NCBI RefSeq assembly: GCF_004010195.1
Contig: NC_057717.1
Span: 104,158,910-104,188,761 of the forward strand
Source: Chiloscyllium plagiosum
Lineage: Eukaryota
DNA: 29,852 nucleotides
Direction: 5' to 3'
Within the stretch, counting starts at the first letter, position 1. Each line of letters begins with the position of its first letter. The position numbers and the translations under genes are program-made. Positions 1 through 11,023 of the stretch are shown here, one piece after another. The notes beneath the pieces are model-generated. The model saw only the letters and a program-made list of their open reading frames with translations. It was not told the origin of the DNA and did no database searches.

Positions 1-99
1 AAGAGAAATCAGAGTGACCCTTCTTCAGAACTGATGTAGTTGGGAAGAGGTCGGTTTATATGCATTTTCCAGCAATTTCTATTCTTGTTTCTAATATTC
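1..99. mobile_element. Rearranged Penelope-like terminal-repeat fragment
   Basis: Shares GAGAAATCAGAGT, GACCCTTCTTCAGAA and TTTTCCAGCAATTTCT with the element at 21092-21305; the minus strand reads CTGAAGAAGGGTCAC with the rest of the core deleted. Confidence 0.65.
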
Positions 100-613
100 A
101 GGTCCACCTGCTACAGGAAAGGTGTTGTTAAACTTGAGAGGATGTAGAAAAGATTTACAAGGATGTGGCCGGGGAAGAAAGATTTGAGCTATAGGGAGAG
201 GCTGAATAGGCTCGGGCTTTTTCCCTGTGGCATCATAAGCTGAGAGGTGATCTTAGAGGTTTATAAAATCGTGAGGGCCATTGATAGGGTGAACAGCCAA
301 GGTCTCTTTCCAGGATGGGAGACTCCAAAGCTAGAGGGCATATGTTTAAGGTGAGAGGGGAAACATATAAAAGGGACCTAAGGGGCAACATTTTCACGCA
401 GAGGGTGGTGCGTTGTATGGAATGAGCTGCCAGAGGAAGTGGTGAAATTGGTACAATTACAGCATTTAAAAGACATCTGGGTGGATATATGAATAGGAAG
501 AGTTTAGAGGGATATGGGCCAAATGCTGGCAAAAGGGACTAGATTAATTTAGGATATAGATGAGTTGGACCAAAGAGTCTGTTTTTGTGTTGTACATTTC
601 TATGACTGTATAA
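100..613 (+). mobile_element. CR1/HER1-type LINE, 5'-truncated 3' end (decayed ORF2 C-terminus plus 3' UTR)
   Basis: Broken translation KRFTRM...DLSYRERLNRLGLFSL...RGNIFTQRVV...WNELPEE; homologous to 25770-26285. Confidence 0.9.
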
Positions 614-614
614 C

Positions 615-852
615 ATGGTTCAAAATACTACCATGACAGATGGTGAAATTGGATTTCACTAAAAATCTGGAATTAAAAAGGTTGGCCTAATAGTGACCAT
701 GTAACCACTGTTGATTGTTGTAGGAATCCATCTGGCTCACTAATGTCCTTTTTAAGGAAATGAATTTATCATCCTTATCTGGTCTGGTCTGTATGTGACT
801 TAACAGCAGTATTGGTGTTTAAAATAAATGCTGGTCTAGGCAGTGACACAAT
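615..852 (+). mobile_element. Decayed tRNA-derived SINE fragment
   Basis: Degenerate B-box-like GGTTCAAAATAC at 617-628, and a tail AATAAATGCTGGTCTAGGCAGTGAC related to the LINE tails at about 5110 and 23580. Confidence 0.55.
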
Positions 853-1150
853 TTGTGATGCTAATTTGCACCATAGTAATAGAATAAGCGTTAATCACTG
901 ATCACATAGTCACCAAATAACCAGCTATTTTTCCTGTAGTAGAATAAGAATTAATTTCTGAGGCTGAAAAAGTTTGGGAAAAAGAAAAAAGCCACAGAAC
1001 ATATCATTCCCTCCTCCCCTTAACTCAAATCACTTAACATTGGCATACTATTTTAAATTGGCTAGTTTTACATACTTCTACAGCAACATGCCTATCTGAC
1101 ACACTTAATAAGAATTGAGATTGAGCTTTTTCTTTAATAAGCTGCTCTTT

Positions 1151-1288
1151 TGTACCCCTGTCTTCTGCAGTGACAGAGGCCTATCCCAGCCAGTGCTGTA
1201 CTCCCATCTTGTGCAGTGGCAGAGGCCCTGTCCCTGCCAGTGCTTACCCCAGTGTTGTGCACTGGTAGAGGCCTCTCCCCAAGTTACC
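1151..1288 (+). repeat. Degenerate tandem repeat, about 3 copies of a 46-47 bp unit
   Basis: Units start at 1151, 1197 and 1244; approximate consensus TGTACCCCNNTCTTGTGCAGTGGCAGAGGCCTNTCCCNGCCAGTGC. Confidence 0.8.
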
Positions 1289-1466
1289 AACTACCTCTGT
1301 ATGTGGCCATAGTCAGTGCCCATTGGTACCCCAGACAGGTTATTCAAAAATCCTTTTGCTTTATGTTCTCTTACCCCCCACCATTTCACTAGTAATGAGT
1401 CTGACAACAATACAAAATGGAGTTATGAAACAGCCCCACCTTTAAAAACTGTGATTTAATTGCCAG

Positions 1467-1647
1467 AGAATCAAAGAAGGAAGCCTCATTGACCGAATAG
1501 AGGCAATCAAGGTTGGGGATCTAATTGAGTCGATCAATGGCCAGAGTGTCATCGGTTTTCGCCACTTCGAGGTTGCCAAGCTGCTGAAAGGTCTGGTGAA
1601 GGGACAGCTGTTTACACTGCGTCTTGTGGAGCCTCTTAAGGCTTTCG
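1467..1647 (+). CDS. GIPC1: GIPC-family PDZ adaptor, internal coding exon (C-terminal part of PDZ domain), 181 nt, phase 0 to 1
   Basis: CAG acceptor 1464-1466, GTGAGT donor at 1648. Translates [60 protein letters not shown], which matches the GIPC PDZ (human GIPC1 recalled as RIKEGSVID...[28 protein letters not shown]...EPRKAF). Confidence 0.95.
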
Positions 1648-2427
1648 GTGAGTCAGTGGCTCTCTTGTGTAAGTAGAATGTTACTGGATTCCTGCAGAGT
1701 TTCTTATTCTCTTCTCTCCCTATTAACTCTTCCTGTTAAACCCTGACCTTTCTGAGCTAACAAATCCCAAGGGCTTCCTCTCTCCAAGGTTTGTTTTCTC
1801 CGGAGCCCATACACTTGATGTCAGCCCCATGAAAACAGGTGGCTTCTGCCCTTTTCTGTACAAGTCCCCATCTTCTTACACTCTTTGTCTTTATAAACAT
1901 ATTTTCTTAAACCCTTAATAATGTCCCCATCTTCATCTTTTCAAAGTAAATTAACTCCACAGCTTTGAATGATACAATCCTGACACTTATCCCAGCTGGC
2001 TAGATTTTACTTTAGCAGCCAGCATTTGGACCAAATAGTCTTTGAAGGTGTTTGTTCTTCATGAACCATACCATTATCCTGTGTTCCTTTCATCCTGTGT
2101 TCTAGCTGACTCCTCTTAAATGCTTATGTACTATTCACCACCTCGACTTGTGATTTCCAACTTTCACCATTCTCCGGGCAAAGAATCTGGCTTCAGCACA
2201 GAAAAGTAGCTTTTTGTGCAGTTTATGATACAACACTCCAACTCATTATAAAAAAAGCTTGCTGTCTGTCCTTTCACACTCCATGAAATCTCATGGTACT
2301 TGTAACTGATGATAAATGTGTCTCCTTTTCCTAAACTGGGATGAGTTTTGTGTGGAGCCTCTCGTTCCGGGCATGTTGCAAAAGTGATTAGCGCTTTCCT
2401 CCAGTGCATTCATTACATAGAGAAGGA

Positions 2428-2760
2428 CAAGTCTTGCATTTCTATAATACGATTCAGACCCCTAGGATAAACCAAAACACTTGACAGCTAATGAAGTGTT
2501 TTTGGATTGTAGTTGCTAGTGAGTTTTGAGAAGATGTAGTTGCTGTTATAGCATAGGAAATGCAGCAGCTAATATGGGGCACAGCAAGATGCTACGACAT
2601 CAATCATATAATGACTAGATAATTTCTTTCAAAGAAACTAGCAGAGGGATAAATAATTGCCTATGACTTCAGGGAACAATCCACTGCTGTTCTGTTAAAT
2701 AATGGCAAGAGAACTTTTGCATCCATCTCAGTGGGCAAGGTGGATCTTGTGTCAGAGATT
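2428..2760 (-). mobile_element. Old Deu-domain SINE (SacSINE1/AmnSINE1-like)
   Basis: GGGATAAATAATTGCCTATGACTTCAGGGAACAATCCACTGCTG resembles the reverse-complemented Deu domain; similar to 8165-8450, 20545-20905 and 24060-24455. Confidence 0.65.
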
Positions 2761-2988
2761 CATCTTTCAAATGAGGCATTAAGCCCTATTGTAGTATTGC
2801 ATGTGGATGATGGCGATGCAGTCTATAAGCTGGTGTTACTGCTTTTAGAACCACAAATTTTGGTAGTTATCTCAGGAATTTTAATGTGATAGGGAAAATC
2901 TGCAAATTCCCAGGTACGTGAACTTAGAAAATGCAATGTCATTAATACACTTTTATTACTGAAGACTGTTCTGTGCAGTATTACTGAA

Positions 2989-3093
2989 GGAAGTTCTGAG
3001 GAAGAGTTACTGGACCCAAAACACTAACTTTGATTTCTGTTCACAGATGCTGCCAGACCTGCTGAGCTTTTCCAACAACTTCTGTTTTTGTTT
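2989..3093 (+). mobile_element. Penelope-like terminal fragment with 13-bp TSD and decayed hammerhead-like core
   Basis: Flanked by CAGTATTACTGAA at 2976-2988 and 3094-3106. Core CTGAGGA-A-GAGTT-ACTG-GACCC-AAAA (2996-3021). Shares CACAGATGCTGCCAGACCTGCTGAG with 21232-21256. Confidence 0.75.
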
Positions 3094-3551
3094 CAGTATT
3101 ACTGAACACTGACCAGCAGGTGGGAGTATAGCACAAGTCTAGGGCAGAAAAAAACATCAGAGTAAAAGTGACTATAAGCCAAAGAAGCTTTAAAAAATTA
3201 GTCTTTTAAAATTTCTCCTGTTCTGGAAACATCAGTCTGCAATTTTATTTGCATCTTTAATGTGCTGAACACCCCATTTGCTTTATGGAAGCAAGTTATC
3301 ATGATAAAATTCATTACTGAACCATTGAGACACAAAGACGTGATCAAACATGTAGATCTTGTGTAATATCCTTGAGAAAAGATTTATTGGGGAAATTCTG
3401 AAGCTTGGGATGCGCCCCCATATTTTTCAATCTGCCACATTGGCCAAGCCTTCAGCTGTTTGGGCCCTAATTTCATGAATTTCCTGTCTTAAGTCTCTCC
3501 ACCTCCCTTTCCTCCTTTCTAAGACATTCTTTAAGATTCACATCTCACCTG

Positions 3552-4441
3552 TGTTATGATCCCAGCTCTGGTTATTACTGGACAAGTCAGATTCTAAATT
3601 GAACTTTGGTTTGATAGATCATATATGTTTTATTAAACATAGTCTTTAACTGAAAGACAAACCAGAGATCTTGTTTTACTACTAATAATTTACTAATATT
3701 TTACTTTATTCTGAGAGAGAAAGGAAGATAAAATAGATTAAAACAAACTATCTACATGTACAATACAGAAGTTGAAACATGGTAAACTACACAGCTCTTC
3801 TTTATAGTACTGGCATGAAAAATGTTGAAATTATAGAGTCCGAGTCATACAGCACAGAAACCAATCCTTCAGTCAAACTTGTCCATGCCATGTTTTGACG
3901 TATCAGATACTTCAGTTCCCAGCCCCTAAGAATTTCGTCGTCTCTTCTTTGAGCCTTCATATAACTGAGCTGAGACTTTCTCCGTGTCACTTAACCGCTT
4001 GCTGGTCTAGAACCTTTAAACTAAGCCCCATACACTGAAGTAATTTGTTAACAGTTCTAAACTATTTGGCCTTTTCAAGAACTACTGCTTTGCAATCCAC
4101 CTTCAGCCGAGACGTCCGCAAAACTGTTTAACTGAAACTGAAAGCTTTTTTCGGGCTGTGGGTGTTTCCCCTAAACAAAAGGAAAAGATAAATCTTGGAT
4201 TTTCCAAACTGAAAGCCTGATGCCCAACTGCTTAGCAGTAAAAACTCTGCCGTTGTAAGTGCATTTCTACTACCTTCCAAGAAGCACCTTTCACAGATTG
4301 AGCTTTTTTTAAAGAAACCGCCATGGCTGCAAAAATACTTAAGTTAGTCATTAAAACCCTTTAGACACACTGATCAAAACCTACATGCTATTGGCTCAAA
4401 TCTAAAGTTTAAAAATGATATTATAATGTAGCCAAGTTACA
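3552..4441. mobile_element. Solo LTR-like element splitting an L2-type tail
   Basis: TGTTATG...AGTTACA termini; imperfect 4-bp TSD CCTG/CCTT. The flanks (about 3405-3551 and 4442-4555) join into one L2-type 3' tail. Carries a short minus-strand CR1 tail at about 3831-3892. Confidence 0.6.
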
Positions 4442-4719
4442 CCTTGCATCTCACCTCTCCTAATATGTCTCCTTATGTGGCTCTGCTAGATCCTGCTTGA
4501 TAACTGTACCGTGAAATGCCTTTTTACGTTTTACTGTAGTAAGGGATGCCACATGAATGAGAGTTTTATGTATGTAAGTCGAATTTGGAATCCTTCCCCA
4601 TTAACAAACCAACTGTTGTATCTCATTGTTATTCACCACCACACTGCTCCAACTCCTCAAATTTACCTTTCTCATTCGCATATCACTGCAATACCCAGTT
4701 TTCAAATAGCCAACATGTT

Positions 4720-5125
4720 GTAAGCAGAGGCCTAGGACACAGGCCTGCTGATTGACAAATATCCATGGTACCAGCTTTTGCTCTGTCCAGCTATGGTCTG
4801 TGGTGTGCATAATCTGCAAAAGCACTGCGGCAACTCACAAAACCCCCTTTGACGATGCCTTCTAAACCCAAATTCCTTTCTTCTAGAAATGGCAGTGTCT
4901 GTAGATATGTAGCGACACCATCGCCTGCACGTTCATCTTCAAACCACACACCATTCTGACTTGCAACAGTGTTGGTGTTTCTTGACCGTCACTGAAGCAA
5001 AGTCCTGAAACTCCCTTCCGAACCTCACAGGGTGTCCTTGCACTAGCTGGGTTGCAGCACTTCAGGAGGGCTTCTTGTCACAACATTTTTTCAAGTTCTG
5101 CTAGTCTTGGGCAATAAATGACAGT
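4720..5125 (+). mobile_element. Old LINE 3' end (CR1/L2 clade)
   Basis: CCATTCTGACTTG...TCCTGAAACTCCCTTCC...GGGCAATAAATG; homologous to 23415-23625. Confidence 0.6.
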
Positions 5126-5326
5126 TCTGTGGGGAATGTATTAAATAGCAACTTGCTCAAATTTTCCTTTCTCTGATGATTCTTGAGAACTGAGCTCTGA
5201 ACTTTGAAAGTGTTTCGATCAGAACGTCTCTTGGCTCTAAAATTTGAGTCTCTCCTGTGGAATCCTTAGATGACAAATGAGATTCAGTTTGATGCCCAAT
5301 GCTCACCTTTTATGTTTCTCCTGCAG

Positions 5327-5439
5327 AGATGATAGGGCAGCGTTCCAGAGGAGGCAAATCTGCATCAGGTGGGCAGGTGGGCACTGGAAAAGGAACACTA
5401 CGACTGCGGGCGAAAGGGACTGCCACTGTAGAGGAAGAG
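5327..5439 (+). CDS. GIPC1: GIPC internal coding exon (PDZ-GH2 linker), 113 nt, phase 1 to 0
   Basis: Pyrimidine tract plus CAG (5324-5326), GTAAGC donor at 5440. In frame with the previous exon: (E)MIGQRSRGGKSASGGQVGTGKGTLRLRAKGTATVEEE, containing the GIPC G.GTLRLR..G.ATVE motif. Confidence 0.95.
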
Positions 5440-5674
5440 GTAAGCTGATAGCTTGTATTCTGTATCTAGAAAAGCCCTGTAGGAAAACGTTACTCGTTAA
5501 AGGCAAGTTTTTATACTGGGGTTTATTCATCATAAAACATGCATACTATTTCTCGCTTTTCCACCACGTGTCACTCAGGTTGAATTGACCAATTGTTGCT
5601 TAATTGTGGATTTTGCTAGTGGCCTGTGCCCATCCTTGTCAAAATCTGAGGCTGTGCTTTCTATAGATGTTATC

Positions 5675-5838
5675 TTTCTATGGAATCCTTTGTGTGGCAC
5701 ATGTCATTCGGCCCATTGAGTCCATACCAACCCTCTTAAGAGTGCCCCCCCCCCCTCCCATTCCCTGTAACCCTGTATTCACCATGGCAAAGCCACCTAA
5801 TCTATACATCCCTGCTCACTCTGGGCAATCCAGCATGC
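5675..5838 (-). mobile_element. HE1-type SINE 3' fragment
   Basis: CATTCGGCCCATTGAGTCCATACC...CCACCTAATCTATACATC parallels the 3' part of the SINE at 11322-11631. Confidence 0.65.
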
Positions 5839-6702
5839 TGTATGATTTCATTCCACATTGGATTTTTATAGTCTTGGTCCTAGTTCATGTAAATAGATTT
5901 AAGACTGGTTCCCAAGGCAAAGCATCAGTGAGTTGATAAAACTGGCGTGTTACAGCAATAATTGACCTTTATGACATTGAACATGGAAGCAAATGGATTT
6001 TCAACAATTCCCATGCAGTCAGCTTTGAGTTAAAGCTGTTGATTGCGTTGATCCTCCTGTACAACCTGAGACATATTGGGCTGGCAGCAGAGTAACTGAG
6101 CACTTAATGTTTCATGGGTTGAGGAAGTTGACAATAAGAACAGTAAAGGCTGCAGAATAGGAATGCACACGAGTTCTCCTTGTGGCAGTCAAAGCCTCAA
6201 GTAAATATTTACGTGTGGAAAATAATATTGTACGGAAGCCCAGGTTATGATTGCTCTACTGGGGATGAGAATATCTGAGCCAATTTTTTGTTTGTGTGGA
6301 GAATTTAGTTTAAAAGCGGCCATGATGCCAATTTGTTCCATGAGATTGTCCAGCTAAAGCTTGGCTGTATATGTTCACAATTGCACAAAGGAAACAGTCA
6401 GAAAACCAAGATCAAAGTGCTTCTAAGGAGTGACAGGAAGCCAAATTTTGGATTTGGCTGACCTGGCCTGGATGATGCCCTTCCTTGTTGAATCGATTCT
6501 CGTGCTAGACTCAACAGGATCAAGAATTTTAAAGTTAATGGGCGTTACCAAATTTCTGAGTTCCAGTGAGCTAGCCTCTTGTATAAGAGAAGAACTTAGA
6601 ACAGAAAGGGCATAAGCTCTATTTGATAAATTTCTGTTGGGCAAAGAATTAAAGCCATGGAGACATGAGGTGAATCGATAGAGTTTGGACAGAAATGGAC
6701 AG

Positions 6703-6846
6703 TTACAGAGTCATACAGGATGGAAACATACCCTTTAGTCCGATTCATCCACGCCAGCCAGGGATTCTAAACTGAACTAGTTCCATTTGCCTGCATTTGG
6801 CTCACACCCCTCTAAACATTTCCTATTTATGTATCTGTCCGAATGT
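6703..6846 (-). mobile_element. CR1/HER1-type LINE 3' UTR fragment
   Basis: Its reverse complement aligns by eye with 470-612 (AATAGGAA..GTTTAGAGGG..GCCAAATGC.GGCAAA.GG.ACTAG). Confidence 0.8.
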
Positions 6847-7568
6847 CGTAAAGTCTCGGCTTGTTAACTACTATAAAAGGGCGTAGCAAGGTAATTAACT
6901 AGTGCAATGCAGTTTAACCTGTGCTGAGTAAATAGGTCCCTTTATCTAAACATGGCTGACCACCCTGAAGGAAAGTACACCTATTCATTCTGATTGGCAG
7001 GTTACATGACGTTATACTTGCTACAGTGTTAGGAATTGGCTTAATGAATGTGCTTAACTATGTAACAATACTACAGCTTTAAGAGGTGTATTTTATCCTT
7101 TTTTTAAGGAAGAACGGTTGGGATGAGGTCCCGAGGAGCTTGCTCAAAGCCAATAAGTAACAGCTTATGACACCTTGCATTTTTTTTTCAAAAGTTGGAA
7201 TAATAGAAGCAGCCTGAACGGGTGAGGTCAAGCTCCCACAGAACCAGGATTTTTACTTTTAGGTTTCAGCAGTTGCTGGGGTCTTGTGGCTGGATGTGGA
7301 AGTACTTATTCTCCTCTCTGTTACAGCTAAAAGCTGGGACTCTCTTCCTGCCTCTAGAATTGCACATGAGAAGATCTGTTTTACTGAATCTGCCCTTGCC
7401 AGGGGTGTTCATGAAATATTGCTATATTCTAACAGTTAATTAAGTAGTTTGACCAATTGAACTGCATCTGGAATGCAACATTTTCTCTTAACTTTCTCTT
7501 ATTTTAAAAGGTAAGCTCTGGGCTATCTTCTTAATACATTTTGAGGTGGTTTGGTCTCATCCATAACA
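6844..7568. mobile_element. Possible solo LTR
   Basis: TGTCGTA...CATAACA termini like the other LTR-like elements here, and TATAAAA near the left end; no TSD recognisable. Confidence 0.4.
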
Positions 7569-8164
7569 ACTCTACATTAAATAGAATGGCATACACTATA
7601 CAGCACTTTGGCATGGCTGAGTTATGCTGGTATTCATGCTTCATAGCAATCTCCTCCCACTCCAGTTTATCTCATCCTACTTTACTGTGACACTCTGTTC
7701 TCCCTTGTGTTGCTTAACTTGATGCTTTTCACTAAATTTAAAAAGTAATGCGTTTTCATTTAACCTGTTTAGCTTATAAATGTAGTGCGTGTTCTTTTGA
7801 CTTGTGTTGAGCTTGTTCTGCTGAAAGGATATTCCCCCGCTAGCCTCTGGAGGGTCATTTGTTAAACCACTCTGATATTATCCAGTTATTGAGCTTTCAT
7901 CTGTCTGTTTACCTGTTCTAATAAAAGAAATGCAAATGACAGAAATATGCAACTAATAATGGCTTCAGTGTGACCTTCCTTCAAAAAGAACATGAAGATC
8001 TTCCAAGTGTCTGATTGTGATTTTTTTAAATGTTGTTTATTTATCTTGCAAGTAGTTGATGTAAGTGGCCTGATTCTATATTTCCTATTTTATAATTTTG
8101 GATCAGGATGAATACTTTTGTAGGAGGCATAATGAGCAAGGGGAACAGAGAGAGAGAGGGAGAA

Positions 8165-8450
8165 ATAACCTTGCATTTGGATGTATCCTTTCACAGCCTC
8201 ATCTCAAAGTGCTTGACAGCTAGTTATTAAAGTGTGATCACTGTTGTACCGTTGGAAATGTAACAGCCAGTTTCTGTACGGTGAGCTCCCACCCGTAAGA
8301 ATGTGTTACAACAGGAGAATTAGTATTGCTGGTTGCTGAGTGACTATTGGCCAAGACATCCGGAGAAGTACCTCGCTTTTGACTATGACAACGTTTACTT
8401 ACACAGGGCAGAAGGAACCACAGCTTAATGCCTCATCCTGTTCCACAGTG
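8165..8450 (-). mobile_element. Old Deu-domain SINE
   Basis: CTTGCATTT...AAAGTGCTTGACAGC...TATTGGCCAAGACATCCGGAGAA; same layout as 2428-2760. Confidence 0.65.
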
Positions 8451-8742
8451 CAACACAGAATAAAGTCAGGTGGCCTGAGTAGTCTTCCTCACCCAGCCTT
8501 GTCTCATATTATCTGTTGGGTGGGTGGTTTTATGATTGTGCTTCAGATGTGTAGTATAGGTTTTGCTTCCTTTTGACATTTATTTCGTTCCATCTGCCGA
8601 ATAATGGTTGGAGGAAAAAAAAACTGATGACGTTTAAACTTGTTCCACAGATTTGTTGTCTTTCTTGAGCCAATTTTCAATATTGACTTTTTATTCTTGT
8701 TTAATGACTTAATCCAAAAAACATGCTTTGTTTTGATCCTAG

Positions 8743-8824
8743 CCATCCGCATTTGAAGAGAAGGCCATTGAGAAGGTGGATGACCTGCTGGAAAGTTACA
8801 TGGGTATCAGAGACACTGAGCTAG
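8743..8824 (+). CDS. GIPC1: GIPC internal coding exon (GH2 domain start), 82 nt, phase 0 to 1
   Basis: TAG acceptor 8740-8742, GTGAGT donor at 8825. PSAFEEKAIEKVDDLLESYMGIRDTEL is identical, as I recall it, to human GIPC1 and differs from GIPC2/GIPC3. Confidence 0.96.
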
Positions 8825-11023
8825 GTGAGTAAGACACTTAGCGTTTAATTAATACCCTAGTACATCTAAATATTAAACCATGATTCTGACATGACTTGAT
8901 GCTGCTGACCTATTGCAGTTTGACATTGTGATTTCTGCATCGTGTGCTGGAAATTAATTACTTTCAGGTTTCCAAACTTCAATACTGCGTAATTGTAATG
9001 TAGACAGCATTGACAGATGGACCACAGTAGGACTGTGCTTGCAAGGGTCTTATGGTGCAGTGGTGGTGTCCCTTCTTCTGTCCCCTCTGCTCAGAAGTGT
9101 ATCATAGCATGTTAGGACAGGTCTGTACTTAGTTAAAATAACTAGGTCTGTGCTTGCAAACCAAAGGATAATTAAACAATTGGGAGAACAGTACAGCCAG
9201 AAGGATAATCCCTGCTCAAACTGTTGTCATTGTTTTAAATTTCCTCTGTAGTCTTGCCCTCTTGATGCCTCTGTAACCTCCTATAGAGTCCTACTGAAAA
9301 ATCTCGAAACCTCTGCATTCCTCAATTTTCTGTCCTTTTGCAATTTTTGATTTTCATCACTCTGCTGTTGGCAGCTTTAACTCTCAGGACCCCAAGTTCT
9401 GAAATTTCCTCATTAAACCACTCTGCTACTCCTTCCTTTCATATTTGATCTGACTTATTGTTGTCACATGCACCGAGACACAGTGAAAAGTGTTTTGCGT
9501 GTTCTACAGGTAGACCGTGGTGGAACAGAGTGCAGAATACAGTGATACAGTCACAGGGAAGATGCCGAGAGAGAGAAATCAAAATTAGCATTTGAGAGAT
9601 TCCTTCAAAAGTCTGATAACAGTGAGGAAGAAGCTGTTCTTGAATCTGTCTGTATGTGTATTCAAAGTTTAATATCTTTAAAGGGGTGTGTGTGGAGGTG
9701 GTATCTTTGATTATGTTGGTTTCTTTCCCGAAACAGTGGGAAATGGAATAAAGTCAATGGAGAGAAGGCTGGTTTGCATGATGGACTGGGCTAGGCTGTG
9801 TATACAACTCTCTGTAGTTTCTTACAATCTTGGGAAGAGCAGCTGCCTTACAAGGCTGTACTGTATCCAGAAAGGATACTTCCTGTGATGCATTTTCAAA
9901 AAGATTGGTAAGCGTCTTTGTGGACATGCTGAATTTCCTTAGCCTTCTGAGAAAGTTGAGACGTTGTTGTACTTTCTTTACTGTAGCGTTGACATGGGTG
10001 AAGTAGGACAGATTGTTGGTCATCATTCCCAGCAACTTGACGCTCTCAACTATCTCCATCTCAGCACCATGGATGCAGACAGGTGCGTACCCTCCAGTCC
10101 GCTTCCTAAAGTCAATGACCAGCTCCTTAGTTTTGCGAGATTGATGGAAAGATTGTTGTCTTTACACCGTGCTGCAAAGTAATCTATCTTTTTCCTGTAT
10201 TCTGTCTCGTCATTGTTTGAGATCCGACCCACAATAGTGGTGTCGTCAACAAACCTGCAGCCGGAGTTGGAGCGGAATTTGGCCATATAGTTGAGAGTAT
10301 GTAAGAAATATAATAGGAGATTGAGTGTGCAGCGTTGCAGGATACTGGTGTTGAACATTGAGAATTATGATGGAGGAGGTATTGCCACTTATTCTTACTG
10401 ATTGCAGTCTGTGGGTTAAGAATCTGAGGATCTGCTTACAGAAAGGGGAGCCATGACATAGGTCTTGGTGTTTGGTGATGAGTTTGTTTGAAATTATGGT
10501 CTTGAGGGTGAGCTGTAGTCAATAAGTAGGAGCTGACCTAGCTTCCTTGTTATCCAGATGTTCCGGGGATGTGTGTAGGACCAAGGAGATGTCACCTGTC
10601 ATGGACATGTTGCGCCAGTAGGCCAATTGCAAAGAATCTTCGCCATGTGAGCCATGACTGACCTCTCAATGTACTTCATAATTATGGAGGTCAGAGCCGC
10701 TGGGCAGTACTCTGACATGATTTTTCTTTGGCACAGGAATGATGGTGGTCTTCTTGAAGCAGGTGAGGATGTAGGAAGGAGAAGTTAAAGATGTTAGCGA
10801 ATACTGCCACCGACTGGGTCTGAGTGCATGGCCGGGGACTCCATTTGGGCCAGCTGCTTTCCATAGGTTCACTCTCTCATCAGCTGTGACTGTGTACAGG
10901 TGCATCCGAGGCTGTTCAGACAGGTGACATCATTTCACTGACCTTCTGTTCAAAGCAAGTGTAGAATATATTGAGCTCATCAGTTAGGGATGTATTGCCC
11001 ATGATTCTGTTTGACTTAGCTTT

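Noticed and set aside
1151..1288. CRISPR-like array
   Set aside because: The units are contiguous diverged tandem copies without unique spacers; vertebrate context and no cas genes.
6439..6459. Perfect 8-bp hairpin AGCCAAAT-TTTGG-ATTTGGCT
   Set aside because: Too short for a pre-miRNA; stems of this size are expected by chance in 30 kb.
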